Source of the DNA: Eledone cirrhosa
Lineage: Eukaryota
Assembly (NCBI GenBank): GCA_964016885.1
Contig: OZ024740.1
Location: 184,636,001-184,700,000 of the forward strand
Direction: 5' to 3'
DNA: 64,000 nt
Shown: piece by piece, positions 24,890 through 37,875 of the stretch
Layout: each line of letters starts with the position of its first letter
Numbering within the stretch: the stretch's first letter is position 1
Notes under the pieces: generated by a model
What the model was told of the DNA's origin: nothing
The model's database searches: none
The model's input: only the letters and a program-made list of their open reading frames with translations
Translations under genes and position numbers: made by a program

Positions 24890-25825
24890 TAGGGTGGGTA
24901 AATTCCTGAGATGCATGTTCGAGTTCTCTCCAGCGGTCCCTGTTCCGCATCATTTCCGTCATGTTCTGCATCTCCCAGAGACCAGTTTCTGTCCTTAGGA
25001 CATCAATATATCTCATCCTCAGTCTCCCTCTTCTAGTGTATCCATGCAGGGGCTCCCACAGGACCACTGAGTGCAGTGTTAACTCTGAATGTCGGTGAGC
25101 ATGTCCAACTACACTCAATCTCCTCTGTATTACTTTCAAGCTGACTTTTGGGAGGCTCCCATACAGCTCTGAGTTTTTCATCCTCAATATATACTGATTA
25201 ATGTTCAGAGCCATCCTCAGCATTCTTATCTGAGTGAGTTTCTTGGTCAGTGTCGAAGTCTCAGATATGTACAGCAGCACAGACTCCACTGTAGCAATGA
25301 AGAGATGGATCTTCAGATTTTTATGAAGGTCCTACTTCCACACCGATCTCAAAGAGTGGCATGCCACCAAGGCTTTGCTCTTCCTCTCAACCACATTATC
25401 CTCTGTGTTCCCATTATTTGCCTCCACCTACATTCATAATCTCCTCTGGCTTCTTAAATTTTTCTATCAGATAATTCATCTTACTCTCATTCACAGTCTC
25501 CAACTCCTGCATCAACTCCACTGCCTTGGTCACTGTGTTTGACACCAGAACTATGTCATCAGCAAATTCAGCATCTCATACCGTTTTAGCCTTACCTCTC
25601 CTGCTCTGACACAGTGCTACAGTAAAGCCCACCCAAGTACTCCATTGTATGGTACTTACAATAGTCCACTGTGATGATAAAAAGGTATCTCCCTGGGGCA
25701 CTTCAGCCTGTATCTCAAAGAGCTCCATCATCCTGTCAAGTGTAATGGAATCGCCAAGGAAATGGTGGACCTGATATCACTGTTCTACACCAAAACCAGA
25801 GCCCAAGTCATTACACTGGACGGGA
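24890..25825 (-). mobile_element. RTE family A fragment with 5' inversion
   Basis: ORF 24771-25289 matches 2942-3235; upstream QGDT and EFADDIVL; segment 25752-25825 continues the RT on the plus strand. Confidence 0.85.
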
Positions 25826-26219
25826 TATATATGGGTAGGGGTTGTAATTGTTCTCAATATTGCAATGTCACTCATTACACATGCAGCTTCACTCCTCTAC
25901 TTTTATTAAGTTATATTCTGGTGTGGCCCTTTCTCCTTCCAGGTAACATAATCTGGATGGTCCAATGAATTAAGTGCAAGAGAGTTTAAAGGGTGTCTCT
26001 GCCTGCTGATTACTGCTTGGGCACCTAAAATCCTCATATATGTATATATATATATAGCGTTAGGAAGGGCATCGAGCAAAACTTGGTCCTCCAGCCTCAT
26101 CTCTCACAAAGAAGCAGCATGTCCTACCCATGCTAGCATGGAAAATTGATGTTAAACAATGATGATGATGATATAAACTATTAGCACTACAGCTATCATT
26201 TGAAACCAAGTATGATTTG

Positions 26220-26258
<39 letters not shown>

Positions 26259-26403
26259 CTATACCCTTATATCAAATGTTTCTCTGTTTCATACACAAAT
26301 TTACACCGGCATATGTATATATATATATATAGAGAGAGAGAGGTAGAACACTGGAAGGTAATATTGATAGTGGTAGAGTACTCAGTCCATGGGACGAGTT
26401 AGG

Positions 26404-26496
26404 TAGAAGTGGTAACACAACAGTTAGTTCACCATACCGAGAACAATTGTTTCACCTTAGCGGTATGGTGAACTAACTGTTGTGTTACCACTTCTA
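26404..26496. repeat. Perfect 36-bp inverted repeat of a PLE terminus (same family as 63475-63527)
   Basis: Arms 26404-26439 and 26461-26496; spacer contains the hammerhead stem III gaaacaattgtt on the minus strand. Confidence 0.9.
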
Positions 26497-26510
26497 TATA
26501 TTTATATATA

Positions 26511-26539
<29 letters not shown>

Positions 26540-26542
<3 letters not shown>

Positions 26543-26762
26543 ACGAAGGAAAAGTGGTAAGGAACCAGATGGACCATAACGCACCAAAGTACTCAATACT
26601 TAGGGTAGTAGAGTGGCTAATAAGAACGAGTAGGACCCCGACGGCTGAGCTCAAGCCGTTTCGACGGCTAATTCTGGACTAAAAAACAAAAAAAAACAAA
26701 AAAAATGTCCAGAATTTGCCGTTGAAACGGCTTGAGCTCAGCCATCGGGGTCCTACTCATTC
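26540..26762. repeat. Short repeat with a 56-bp inverted arm pair; related copy at 56338-56472
   Basis: Arms 26624-26679 and 26707-26762 around an A-rich spacer. Confidence 0.8.
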
Positions 26763-26959
26763 CTATCATCATTTTCATCATTTTAAGTCCGCTTTTCCCT
26801 GCTTGCAAGGGTGGGACGGGAACTGATTCTGGCTTGATTTCTACAGCTGGATGCCCTTCCTAACACCAACCTTATTTACAGTGAGTGCTGGGTGCTTTTT
26901 TGCCGTGGTGCCTACATGACCACTTTGCAGTGGAATGATTTGGACCCCAGTCCCTATCA

Positions 26960-27105
26960 TCTCATTTCTACAGCTGAGTAAACTGGAGCAATGTGAAATA
27001 AAGTGTCTTGCTCAAGGAAACAACACATCACCCGGTGTGAGACTTGAACTCACAACCTTTTGATTGCAAGGCCAATGCTCTAACCACTAAGCCATGTGCC
27101 TCCAT
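26960..27105 (-). mobile_element. tRNA-derived CORE-like SINE, 5' part
   Basis: A box tggcttagtgg and B box gagttcaagtct, followed by ccttgagcaagacactt. Confidence 0.75.
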
Positions 27106-27146
27106 TTTTAACTGAAAATTGCAAACTTGACTGTCACCACACATTA

Positions 27147-27185
27147 TGAACCTGAAGATTGCGAAAGCATGAAAGTACTTGTTCA
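27147..27185 (+). ncRNA. Minimal hammerhead ribozyme in a PLE terminal repeat
   Basis: tgaac-CTGAAGA-t-tgc-gaaa-gca-t-GAAA-gtac-TT-gttca. Confidence 0.65.
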
Positions 27186-27414
27186 ATTAACACTTAACAT
27201 TTAATATTCTACCATACTATTTCATTCTAATACCATTATAAATTTTAAAGGATTGTAAATAAAACGAGTAAATCAGACAAAGTTGGAATTCCTTTTATTA
27301 ATATATATATATATATATATATATACGGAAGTTGTTTTTCGCTAATTTCCACTAGCCGAAATGCTAATTTATATTTGTATATATATAGATATATATATAT
27401 ATGTGTGTGTGTGT

Positions 27415-27925
27415 GTGACATGTAACCCAGTACAACCTTTCGCATGGTCGGGTCGTCGACGACTAAACCGGCAACCCCACCAAGTTTACTTGGTGAGGAG
27501 CGTGGTTTTGGACACCCTGCAGGACAAAATATAAAACCTGACAAAGGGCGGAAGAACTCATAAGAGTCAATGGCCATCCGAAATGTGTAAATATGTATAT
27601 ACACACGTACCGCGCGGTTCAACCACTGGGAGTGAAGGACCCTTAGCCTTTGTCAGGGCATTCTTCTAGGAGAAGGCAACTCAGGAAACTGGGATAACTC
27701 TGATATAAAACCTGCGGCTCAGTAGTTACCGATGATGTTGATCTTTTCTTATTTTCAGGTTATAGCTACTGTCGCTCAGAGAATGGGATTGGCTCAGCAC
27801 ACAGTCTTTCCTTACTTTAAATATCTTCACGCACAGGGATTGCACGATAGAATTAATTAATAATTATTAATAATGGTATATCATGCAATGCCCATACTAA
27901 GTAACGAGGGGGCAGCCATCATATA
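27415..27925 (+). mobile_element. CpG-rich non-coding repeat in (TA)n, resembling RTE 5'-UTR-derived elements
   Basis: Hairpin caccaagt-tt-acttggtg; motif tctaggagaaggcaactc...actctgatataaaacc; bounded by microsatellites. Confidence 0.4.
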
Positions 27926-27977
<52 letters not shown>

Positions 27978-28354
27978 TGTGATTCTGTGTATGAAATGTT
28001 AAAATATATTGGTAATGGTATATCACTATTAAACACCTGCTTCACATAATATGGTATGACACGTATTCCATTGTCATATGTTTATATATACATATATTTA
28101 TTTATTTATATATGATAAGAATGTGTGTATAATTCATTAAGTAAATCTGAAGCTATATATATGTGTAGGAACAGTATATTATATTTATATTTAAAATTTT
28201 CTTGTATTATTTACATTATTAATTTATGATAGTATTTGCATCATTATTATTTTGTTTGCTTTTTATTGACATGGCAGCAACATTTCAATTGATATATTGC
28301 CAGGAATATATGAAATCTTCAAAGAACTCTACATTGCAGACATTTTTGAATGTA

Positions 28355-28423
<69 letters not shown>

Positions 28424-28429
28424 TCTTAC

Positions 28430-28461
<32 letters not shown>

Positions 28462-29482
28462 TACATTCAAAAATTTCTGCATATCTAGATATGTATAGAT
28501 TAAAAATGTATGCCCACTCCACATACAGACATACATACATATATATATATACACACACACATATGTATACACATATATGCAGATTTATTTTGATTTTTCC
28601 TGCTTTATTTTTAGAAGTTTTAATAAACATTTGGTATTTATGTCAACGAATCTTTTTATTTATTTAAGTTAATATTACTTTCTTAAATTTCTCTAATTTT
28701 TTTTTCTGTTCATATTTCTTTCTTTGATCATTATTATTTGTGTATCATTATCATCATCTCCAGCATCAATGTCTTAATCACCAGTATTTTCGCTACTATT
28801 TTCACCAGCATCAACAGCTCTGCCACCAATAGTCTTACTTTTAGTAGCATCATTATCCTCCCTACCATTGATCCTTATCAAATCATTATCAAATCAAACA
28901 TTTTTACCATTTCAGTTAATTCCCTAACTATTACCACCACCACCACACTCTACATCCTCATCATTATTCTCATCAATCTCAACATCTTCGGCATTAAAAC
29001 CATCATCATCTTGACGATCATCATCAAAACGTATCAATGTCATCCTTGCTGACAATTACCCTGTAGGTGATGGCTTGAACTCCTTGAAATAACAGTCAAA
29101 TCTCCCCCAAATCACAGTCTACCATCTTAGAAATGGACAATGGTTTTTGGTTCCCTGCACAGAAGGAAATAACAGCCTGGTCTTGGATAAAACTCTTTTC
29201 ATCATAGGTTTTCTTGATCAGGGCTTATTTGGTGGCTAAACAACAACATCATCATAAAAGAGTGTCTATAAAAAGATTGTCAAACAGCTAGAAATATTAA
29301 CTACATCACCTTCTATTTACTCCTTACTGTCTTAAATAGAAATGTCATTTTAGGAAATGTAGTTCTTCAAATTAACATGTATTGTGATGATCTCAGTTTG
29401 AAAACATTTGATAAGTCTGCTAAAGTAGAATTGTCCTGAGGCTAAACAACAACAATCAAATCATCTATATATTATTTTCTTC

Positions 29483-29663
29483 TTGGCAGTATTGGTAGAG
29501 GGTTGGACGCCATGCTTTCCAGCATAGTTACGTCCCTTTACGGTCTGAGTTCAAATCCTGTCGAGGTCAACTTTGCCTTTCATCCTTACGGGGTCGATAA
29601 AATAAAGTACCAGTAATGCACTGGGTAATTGCTGGCCTTGTGCCAAAATTAGAAACAATTATT
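29483..29663 (+). mobile_element. Young tRNA-derived SINE (family 1)
   Basis: tggcagtat(c)gg A box, gagttcaaatcc B box, gcctttcatccttacggggtcgataaaataaagtaccag body. Confidence 0.85.
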
Positions 29664-31139
29664 TTCCTGTGGTCATCGTTATCATTATGCACATTGAAAA
29701 TTATTATTGGCAGGAACATCATTGTTGTTAACATCAACATTATTTTCCAACACTTCTGATGAAGATGTTTTCCCTCGAAAATGAAGGTCATATTTCAATA
29801 AAAATAAGAGGCAACCATAGCAGGTCTGTTGCCTTCTTTTATCTTAAATCGTACCAAACCTTTCACAATGTCACAGCCTTCAAATAACATACCTTCTTAT
29901 ATATATATATATATATATATTAATATATATTTAAAAGAATAGAGGTGTAACACACAAGTTATGATATATTGGTAAACGGAAAAGAAAATGCTAACAAATT
30001 GTTCACAATTGTTCTGTGAAAAATAGTTTAATTAGGAATAAGTGAGAATTAGTAATAGTATTGGTTAGTAACATATATATATATACCATTTTGAATATAA
30101 ACATCATATTCTTCAATAATTAAAGGGTTTATTTTAATTGATAAATTCATCAGATTATTAACCTTTGTTAAATTTTGCATCACATGTAAATGAATAAGGC
30201 TTGCATATTGTGAGAATGGTGTCATAGAATTAATCTGTGCATTTATTTATGTTTATATTTAAATATTTCTGGTAAGAGGAATCTAATTTTCCCATAATTC
30301 TGAAGGTAAACCCAAATTTAATATAGTTCCTTCATTCTATATTAATTTTATTTATGGATGCAAAGTACTGCCATACAAACATAGTTTTTCATGCCATTGC
30401 ATTTTAAATTCTGCTTGCCAATTCTATAGTAGAAGCTGAAAAGCAGGGTGTGGATATCAGGATGGTATTCATGCTTATATGTTAATAAAGGCATTCTAGT
30501 AATTTGAAGTTAAGAATTCCTCTTTGCAATTATCAGGTCCCAGATTCAATTTAAGTGAATATATTTAACATCATCATCATTATCATCGTTTAATGTCCAT
30601 TTTCCATGCTTGCATGGGTTAGATGTGTTGTTATGTTATGAGACAAGTCAGGTCCAAAGATCATGTCATACACATGTAGATCTGTATATTAGCTTGGTTT
30701 CTACATGTCTTTCAATTGCTTCAGATACACCCAAGATTTGTGAGTGAAATTTAGTAGATGGAAACTGTATGGAAACCTGTTAGTTGGACTGTCATATTTA
30801 TTCAGCTATGTTACTACATTAAGATTATATCTTCCTGTGGAATACTCAGCCACTTCACATTAATTTAATGAGTCACATGCCCAATTGATTGAACAACTTG
30901 ATGTGCATCGTCAAAACTTACGGAAGATCTATCAGTTATTTCTCAATGTTTTTTAACATGGAATATAACCTTGCACTAGAGCAAGTGTTTGTATATAAGA
31001 TACTTAATGTGCTTGTATGTATGTGGGTTTGTGCCTGCCGACAGATGTACATGTGTGAGTACTTATTTGTGGGAGGTGGTGATGATATCTTTTTTAATGC
31101 TGTGAAAGACATATGGTGTGGATAATTATTATTTATTTG

Positions 31140-31830
31140 TTATGCAATGTAGTGGGCCTAAGTTTGTATTGGTTACCTATGTGTGCTGATAGTTCTGTAA
31201 TAGAGCATCTGGATGAATATTGTCATTTTAATGCCGTTATTGGATTGGTGTTGTGCTAAGAACTTTTTAGGAGTTATCCTGTATGGCTTAAATGTTGGAT
31301 TGGTGTATATTGAGCTGCTTATGCACCAGCAACAAGTACATTTATTTCTAAGGTGTGGAGTGATGTTATGTGTATGTAAACGTGGCCCCATCAGCGAAGG
31401 TTCTTATATAAGCACTAGATCTGGCTGCTGGCACTGAGTGCGATCTTGTGGAGTCTGCTGTTGATTTTTTGATGGAGTCATGCTCATGTATGGGTAAGTA
31501 CTGTGTGGACCTAGGTGTGGGTCTGCTGGTGTGGAGGCAAAATTATATGTGAAAATGTACTGTGTTTACAAAAGTGTGTATATGCTGGTGTGGATGTGCA
31601 CAATGGATGTTAGGAAAATAGTCTTACCATCCTGGATCATAAAGTCTGAAGTTGAGGTATGTTTTGTAAATCCAGCATTAGCACAAAGTCATGAGTTCAC
31701 CCTATTTATTTAATAGGGTGAACATAATTTTGATAATTTTATCTGAGCATAAATTGCAGAGGCAGTGTCCTCCTGTATAAGGCTTGGCCTTGGACAAGGT
31801 ACTCCATTTCAGTATGTAGGTAGGTAAGGT
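31140..31830 (-). mobile_element. Degenerate PLE 3' end
   Basis: Minus strand KWSTLSKAKPY..GHCLCNLC....I....LLNK, followed by a non-coding tail. Confidence 0.55.
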
Positions 31831-31863
31831 TATTATATATATATATATGTATAAACAGAGAGA

Positions 31864-31916
<53 letters not shown>

Positions 31917-31999
31917 ATGGATGGAGTGTTTAAACAAATATAATTTTTAGCACAGAATCTCTGCTTTCATACTTTTCTGGAATCTTCAAAACTGCTGTG

Positions 32000-32000
32000 G

Positions 32001-32033
<33 letters not shown>

Positions 32034-33692
32034 TTCGTTTAACGTCCACTTTCCACGCTAGCATGGGTTAGACGGGAGTTGTCCCACTGGAGGCAAGGTT
32101 TGGTCGGGTGACCGTGTCTCGCTTATATAGGACTATCTGGCAGGTTTTCTACAGCTGGATGCCCTTCCTAACACCAACCACATTTACAGTGTGGAACTGG
32201 AAAGTTTTTACCGTGTTACCTACAGGGCCACATTACAGCATGGACTGTGTGTTTTTTTCTCGTGACACCTACACGATCTCGATCTCATTATCTCATTTAT
32301 TTGGACAGGATGTTGTGGTACCAACTTTATAGAGAGAGGGTGGTGTTGGTGGGAGTGGGAGGATAGAGTAGCGGTAGGGGATTGGGGTGTATATTTGGTT
32401 AAGAGGTGCCTACTGACTGTAGGTTTCGCTTTGTACATCGGCAAGGCGGGTCTTCTGTATTACTGTGTAGTGCCAAAGATCTCGGTCCAGTGACATTGTC
32501 TTAGAAAGGTGCAAGTGTGTAAGGTCGGAATTTATCAGATCGTCCCAGGTTTTTCTGGGTCTACCTACTCCGTAACTAACATTAATTTTTATCTCCCTGC
32601 ACTTTTTTATACAGCTGTCATCTTTCATGCGCATCACATGGCCATACCAACGTAGTCTTCTCTCGAGTAAACAGCATCTGATCCCTCTTATTCCTAATTT
32701 CTCACTTAGTTCACCTATGCTTTGCCGTTCACGTATATTACTATTACACATCCAATGGAGCATGCATGCTTCGTTCCTTTCCAGTCTACGCAGGTCCTCT
32801 GCACGTAATGCCCATGTCTCACTGCCATGTAGCATTGCTGTTCGTATACAAGCATCATACAATCTGCCTTTCATTTTTAGAGAGAAACCGTTTGTAGCCA
32901 ACAGCGGTATAAGCTCTCTGAACTTTTTCCATCCCGTTCTGACTCTGGCTACTGTACTTTCAGAACACCCTCCACCACTGCTGATTTCATCACCCAGGTA
33001 ATGGAAAGTTTCTACTATTTCTATAGAACCATCTGGGCAATAGAAGGGGCTAGTATCCTGTGGACACTTGCTACCTATTGCACCTGAGCATCGGCCACAT
33101 ATAAAGTCTACGTTCTTAGATAGTTTTCCTGTGGCCCACTACATCTTTTATATGCGCATACTTTTCATTTGGGACTTAAAATTGAATTTCTGCCTACTCC
33201 TTTCCTACATACTGAGTAAGGCCATTTCCCTGAGGGTACCTGTGCCTTATTTTCCTTTCTACAAACTAGGACTTTAGTCTTAGGCAAGTTAACTTTAAGG
33301 AATTTTGATTCTAGGCCATGCTTCCATTTTGGGAATTTCTTTTCTAATTCAGCCATCGATTCAGCTATGAGCGTTAGATCATCTGCGTAAAGGAGTTCCC
33401 ATGGGCAGCCAGTCTTGAACTCCTCTGTTATGTCCTGTTAATTCTAACCTTACTGACTGTTTCATTATACATAGCTTTTATAGCTCTCACAAACCATTCA
33501 TCTACACCTAGTTTTCTAAGAGCCCACCAGATAATGGAGCGGGAGACTCTGTCAAAGGCTTTTTCCAGGTCTACAAAAGCTAAGTAGAGGGGTTTACTTT
33601 TAGCTAGGTACTTCTCTTGTAGTTGTCGTACAAGGAAAAGAGCGTCTGTGGTACTTTTACCTGTCACAAACCCAAACTGCATTTCATCTAGA
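32000..33692 (-). mobile_element. RTE family C, 5'-truncated (RT to 3' tail)
   Basis: MQFGFV.GKSTTDA.F.VRQLQEKY...YLAFVDLEKAFDRV, LLYADDL, MLHGSETW, RRLRWYGHVMR; (TGA)n tail at 32001-32033. Confidence 0.93.
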
Positions 33693-34349
33693 TATGTATA
33701 TATTGCTATTTTAGTCAGGAAGAGAAGAGTCATGCACATGTTACATTTTAGACACTACAAGGAGGGAAGAAAAAAGTTATTCTTAAAGCAGATAGCTGGG
33801 CCACATGTTTGCACCTGAGTGGACTCTGTTGAAGACACTGAAGGGCCAGGAAGTCTTGTTTGTTATCACCCTTCAATCATATTTCAGAACATGATTGTAA
33901 TTATCGTATTTATTTAACCATGAAAACAGAGGGCGAAATTGAACATTTACATTGAATGCGTGTCAATGTAGTTAGAATGTCTCAGGAAAGAATCACTGAA
34001 TCCATGAGCTCAGCAGGTCTGGCTTGAGAATTCAGCTGGATTAACTGGAGACAGTTGCTTCTGACAAGACCCATTGAGAGGCAGAAGTAGAAGAGTGCCA
34101 ATTATGATCTAGATAGATTTTCATTAACTTTTCTTTTTTATTACTAGGTAAATATAATGTTTATTATAAAATAACTGAAATGAAAAACAAACAAACATAT
34201 TCAATATACTAAATCTCAAAATGTCTTGAAAAACAATAATCAATATCTGATAAAAACAAAACACACTGTTAAAGGAAACAAAAAGGAAGAAATAAAAGGA
34301 AATGAAAAGAAGAAAATAGGATCAAGCAGCGAAAGAAAGGGAGAAGAGA

Positions 34350-34625
34350 CAGGGCCGGATTTAATGGGAGACAAAATGGGTAATTTCCCCAAGCACCCTG
34401 CAGTGGAAGGCCCTACAAGCAAGGGCCGTAGCAATTAATTTCTAGCCTCAGCTGGGCATTTTAGTTTTAGATGGTCAGAATTTTTGAATTTAATACATGT
34501 ATGTATAATTTTTCAGTTTCAATAACTTGCATCAAGCTAAGGTTGATATGTAAAATTGGGGTGTTTGCTGTGTATAGTAATTTTTTGTGTATGTGAGGCC
34601 CCCCAAAAGCCAAAATCCAACCCTG
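34350..34625. mobile_element. Probable hAT-like MITE
   Basis: Terminal inverted repeats cagggccggattt / aaatccaaccctg; no clear target-site duplication. Confidence 0.5.
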
Positions 34626-34909
34626 GTCAGACACTACATCCCAGTCTGAGAGTTACTGTAGATAATGGCCAAATAGCTGTGTACTATTGCTACCTTTTCT
34701 CCATTGTCTGTGGTAGAGATACTTCCTTCTTTAACACTCTACTTTGCCAATTTACATTAGATGGTGGTTGTTTGTTTAACAATTTCAAGGACTTGCATTT
34801 CTAGGACTGCATTAGCTAATGTATGCTTCCTGTTCTTATGAGGCTTGGGTACCATTTCTAGGAGAATGTGGTTTGCTAATTCTAGTATGTCAAGTAATAA
34901 GAGTTCATA

Positions 34910-34990
<81 letters not shown>

Positions 34991-35145
34991 ACTATTACTG
35001 CTACTACCACCACCACCACTACTACTACTACTACCGCCACCACCACTACTACTACAACCACCACCACCACCACTACTACTACTACCACCACCACCACCAC
35101 AAGTATACTACTACTACTACTACTACAACTAATACTAATACTACT
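34910..35145. repeat. Compound trinucleotide microsatellite (CTG)n(CTA)n(CCA)n
   Basis: Direct reading. Confidence 0.95.
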
Positions 35146-35497
35146 ATTTATTGTGTTTATCTTTGTTGCAGTTGTTTTTCTCATTATGGAGCTAAATGTT
35201 TTCATTGTGGTTGCTGTTCATTTTATATTATTGCAGTTGTAATTACATTGTTTATATTGCTGTTATTATTAATGGGATGTTGATATTGCTATATAGTAAC
35301 TCCCAGCTAGTTGCACTTATGTAGATCTTTAGAATAAATATATGTTCTCAAATTATTGAGATCAATTAGTATGCATGCAATTCTAAAATTTCAAACTTAT
35401 ACATGTGATCATTTTCTTACATTATATATTATACTATAGTATCATATTATATTATAAGTATCGGTAGAGGGTTGGACATATTACATTTTACATTTTA

Positions 35498-35883
35498 GGG
35501 CAGTGGATTGGTAGTATCGGTAGAGAGTCGGACGCCATTCTTTGAAGCATTGAGTTACGGCCCTTGCCATTCTGAGTTCAAATCCCACCAAGGTTAACTT
35601 TGCCTTTCATCCTTACGGGGTCGATAAAATAAAGTACCAGCAATACACTGGGTAATTGCTGGCCTTGTGCCAAAAAGTAGAAACAATTATATTACATTTT
35701 ACTGGCAGTATCGGTAGAGCGTCAGACACAATGCTTTGCAGCATAGAGTTATGGCTCTTTACATTTTGAGTTCAAATCCTGCCGAGGTTAATTTTGCCTT
35801 TCATCTTTACGGGGTCGATAAAATAAAGTACCAGTAATGCACTGGGTAATTGCTGGCCTTGTGACAAAAGTAGAAACAATTAT
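35498..35883 (+). mobile_element. Tandem pair of family-1 SINEs
   Basis: Copies at 35498-35691 and 35703-35883, plus a head stub at about 35457. Confidence 0.88.
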
Positions 35884-36126
35884 ATTATAGTATACTATAT
35901 TATATTATGTTATATTATTATATTTGATTTCATTACATTACATTTTATTGTATTATATTATAAATTTGTGTCAGAGCTCTGAAATAGTGATGTATATATG
36001 AATGTACATATTGTATATTTAATAATATACTGTATGTTTATTTTAAAACATTTTGAAGGTCTTTTACTATGAATTTAATGTAGCAACTATAGACACATAC
36101 CAAGCTTCAGCAAAAACAAAGGGAAA

Positions 36127-36173
36127 TAATCGACGATCGATCGTTTCTAGCTGTTTAGCGGTTATCAAGGTTA
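36127..36173 (-). ncRNA. Minimal hammerhead, U3-A8 variant
   Basis: taacc-TTGATAA-cc-gct-aaac-agc-ta-GAAA-c-gatcgatc-g-TC-gatta. Confidence 0.55.
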
Positions 36174-36289
36174 TATATCGCCTCTATATTATATTATGTT
36201 ATATTATTATATTGAATTACATTACATTATATTTTATTGTATTGTATTTTATTATGTTATATCATTAAATTAAGTTACATTATATTATA

Positions 36290-36410
36290 CTAGCAGAAAA
36301 ACCGCCCTCGGGTGGTTTTTTTGCTAGCATGTGTAGTGTGCATATTGGTATTATACACAAATATATCTGCATATAGATATATGTAAATTGAAAAGTAAAT
36401 TGACAATATC
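36290..36410 (-). mobile_element. Non-autonomous Helitron 3' end (same family as 38827-39310), interrupted by a LINE
   Basis: Hairpin aaaaaccgccc-tc-gggtggttttt followed by CTAG|t on the minus strand. Confidence 0.75.
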
Positions 36411-37090
36411 TTCTTCTTCACCCACTTATTTCTGAGAGTGTGGTGGGGGCAGAGTCCTTCTCAAACACTCCTTCCAGCGAGTCTGTCAGTAGCAAACATC
36501 TCTAACTGGTCCAGCTGGATCCCAAAGCGTGACCAGCCAAGCTCATGATGTTATCCAACTATCTGGCTCAGGGTCTACCTCTGGGTCACTTACCGGTTGG
36601 TTTTGCCTGTAAAATGTGTTCAGCGATTATTTACTGAGACATTCTAACCACATGCTCATAATATCGGAGTTGTGATCTCTCAATTCGGAGAAATAACGGC
36701 TCTACCAGGAGTGACTCTCTGGTCTCTGAGCTATGCACTTTATTGAGTAACGTTACGCCAAAGACTCTTCGGAGGAATCCCATTTCTGCCACTTTTATTT
36801 GCAGTTGTATTCTTTTGGGCATTATTCAAGATTCATGGTCCTCGGTAAGAGTTGGCAGGAATACCAGGAAGACAGCGAGTTTGGCTTTTACACCTACCCC
36901 CTTCATCTGATTGCTGAATGCTGAGGTTGGCGCATTACTGCATCAGCTTTTGCAATTCTTACACTTAATTCAGCCTCCTGCATTCCATCACTCATGAACA
37001 CGGCTCCAAGATACTTGAATTTCTCTAACTGCTTCAGTAGAACTCCATTCACATTTATATACATTTGAGGGACTTCTGTAAACCCGTCCA
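36410..37090 (-). mobile_element. RTE family B 3' fragment
   Basis: LEKFKYLG.VF.SDG..EAEL..RI.KA.AVMR, AEMGFLRRV.G.TL, IERSQLR. Confidence 0.85.
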
Positions 37091-37249
37091 TCACTCAATG
37101 TGTATGTGTGAATGTATGTGTGTGTAAAAGGAAGGAAATGGATATGCACATATATATGTCTAACTTAAAAACAGTGACACACACATGTGTCTATAATTTA
37201 AGAATGCCGACAAACTCACGAGTGCGCACATACACACACTATCCTATTA

Positions 37250-37860
37250 CCACTTAAGAGCTTTGGCCTGGACAAAGATTCCCTCAATTTTGGAACCATC
37301 TGGATTGTCCTGAATTGATGGGAAAAGACTTGATGGTCTTACTCTGTGCTCCTGGTCAAGAGGCAGGTGCCTTACCTGGGACATCACTGTTAGTGACTCT
37401 TTTGCTTCTTCCCACATTCTGGATGCAGCAGTAAGGGAGAGAGCTACAGCATTCACAGCTGAACGGAACAAAAACCTAAAATACCGCGTTTTGTCATTTA
37501 ACTACATTATCCAGCCTGTGGCATTCGAGACGTTTGGGGGAGTCGGGCTACTGACTGCGAGATTCCTATCTTCACTGGCAGCTCGCCAAACAGAGTTAAC
37601 TGGTGATGCTCACGAGGGCACTTGGTTGTTCCAGCACCTCAGCGTCGTCATCACCCCAGGTAATGCTGTGGGAGTGCTGGCCTGCCACAAAAATTATTAG
37701 AGAGGTTTCCCAGTGCTCCTCACTGTATTGCTATATTTTGCTCTGGTAGCGGCTCGTTTTCCCACTCTTTCGTCTGCATTTTGTTCTATGTGGTCTAAGA
37801 TGTGTGTATTACGTGCTTGTGTATTTTTCTCTTTCTTTTTTTCCTTTCCCTTTCCTTTGT
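37250..37860 (+). mobile_element. CRE-like non-LTR retrotransposon C-terminal restriction-like endonuclease fragment
   Basis: LEP.GL...DGKR.DGLTL..W.RGR.L.WD.TV.D, AE..K..KY, PVAFETFG..G, TGD.....WLFQ.LS.....GNA. Confidence 0.75.
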
Positions 37861-37875
37861 ATATATTATATTGAA

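Noticed and set aside
27030-27105. tRNA gene
   Set aside because: A and B boxes are present but there is no proper acceptor stem and it runs into a SINE body
34819-35283. Poly-Cys/His/Leu/Pro ORFs
   Set aside because: Compound trinucleotide repeat open in several frames; no splice or homology support
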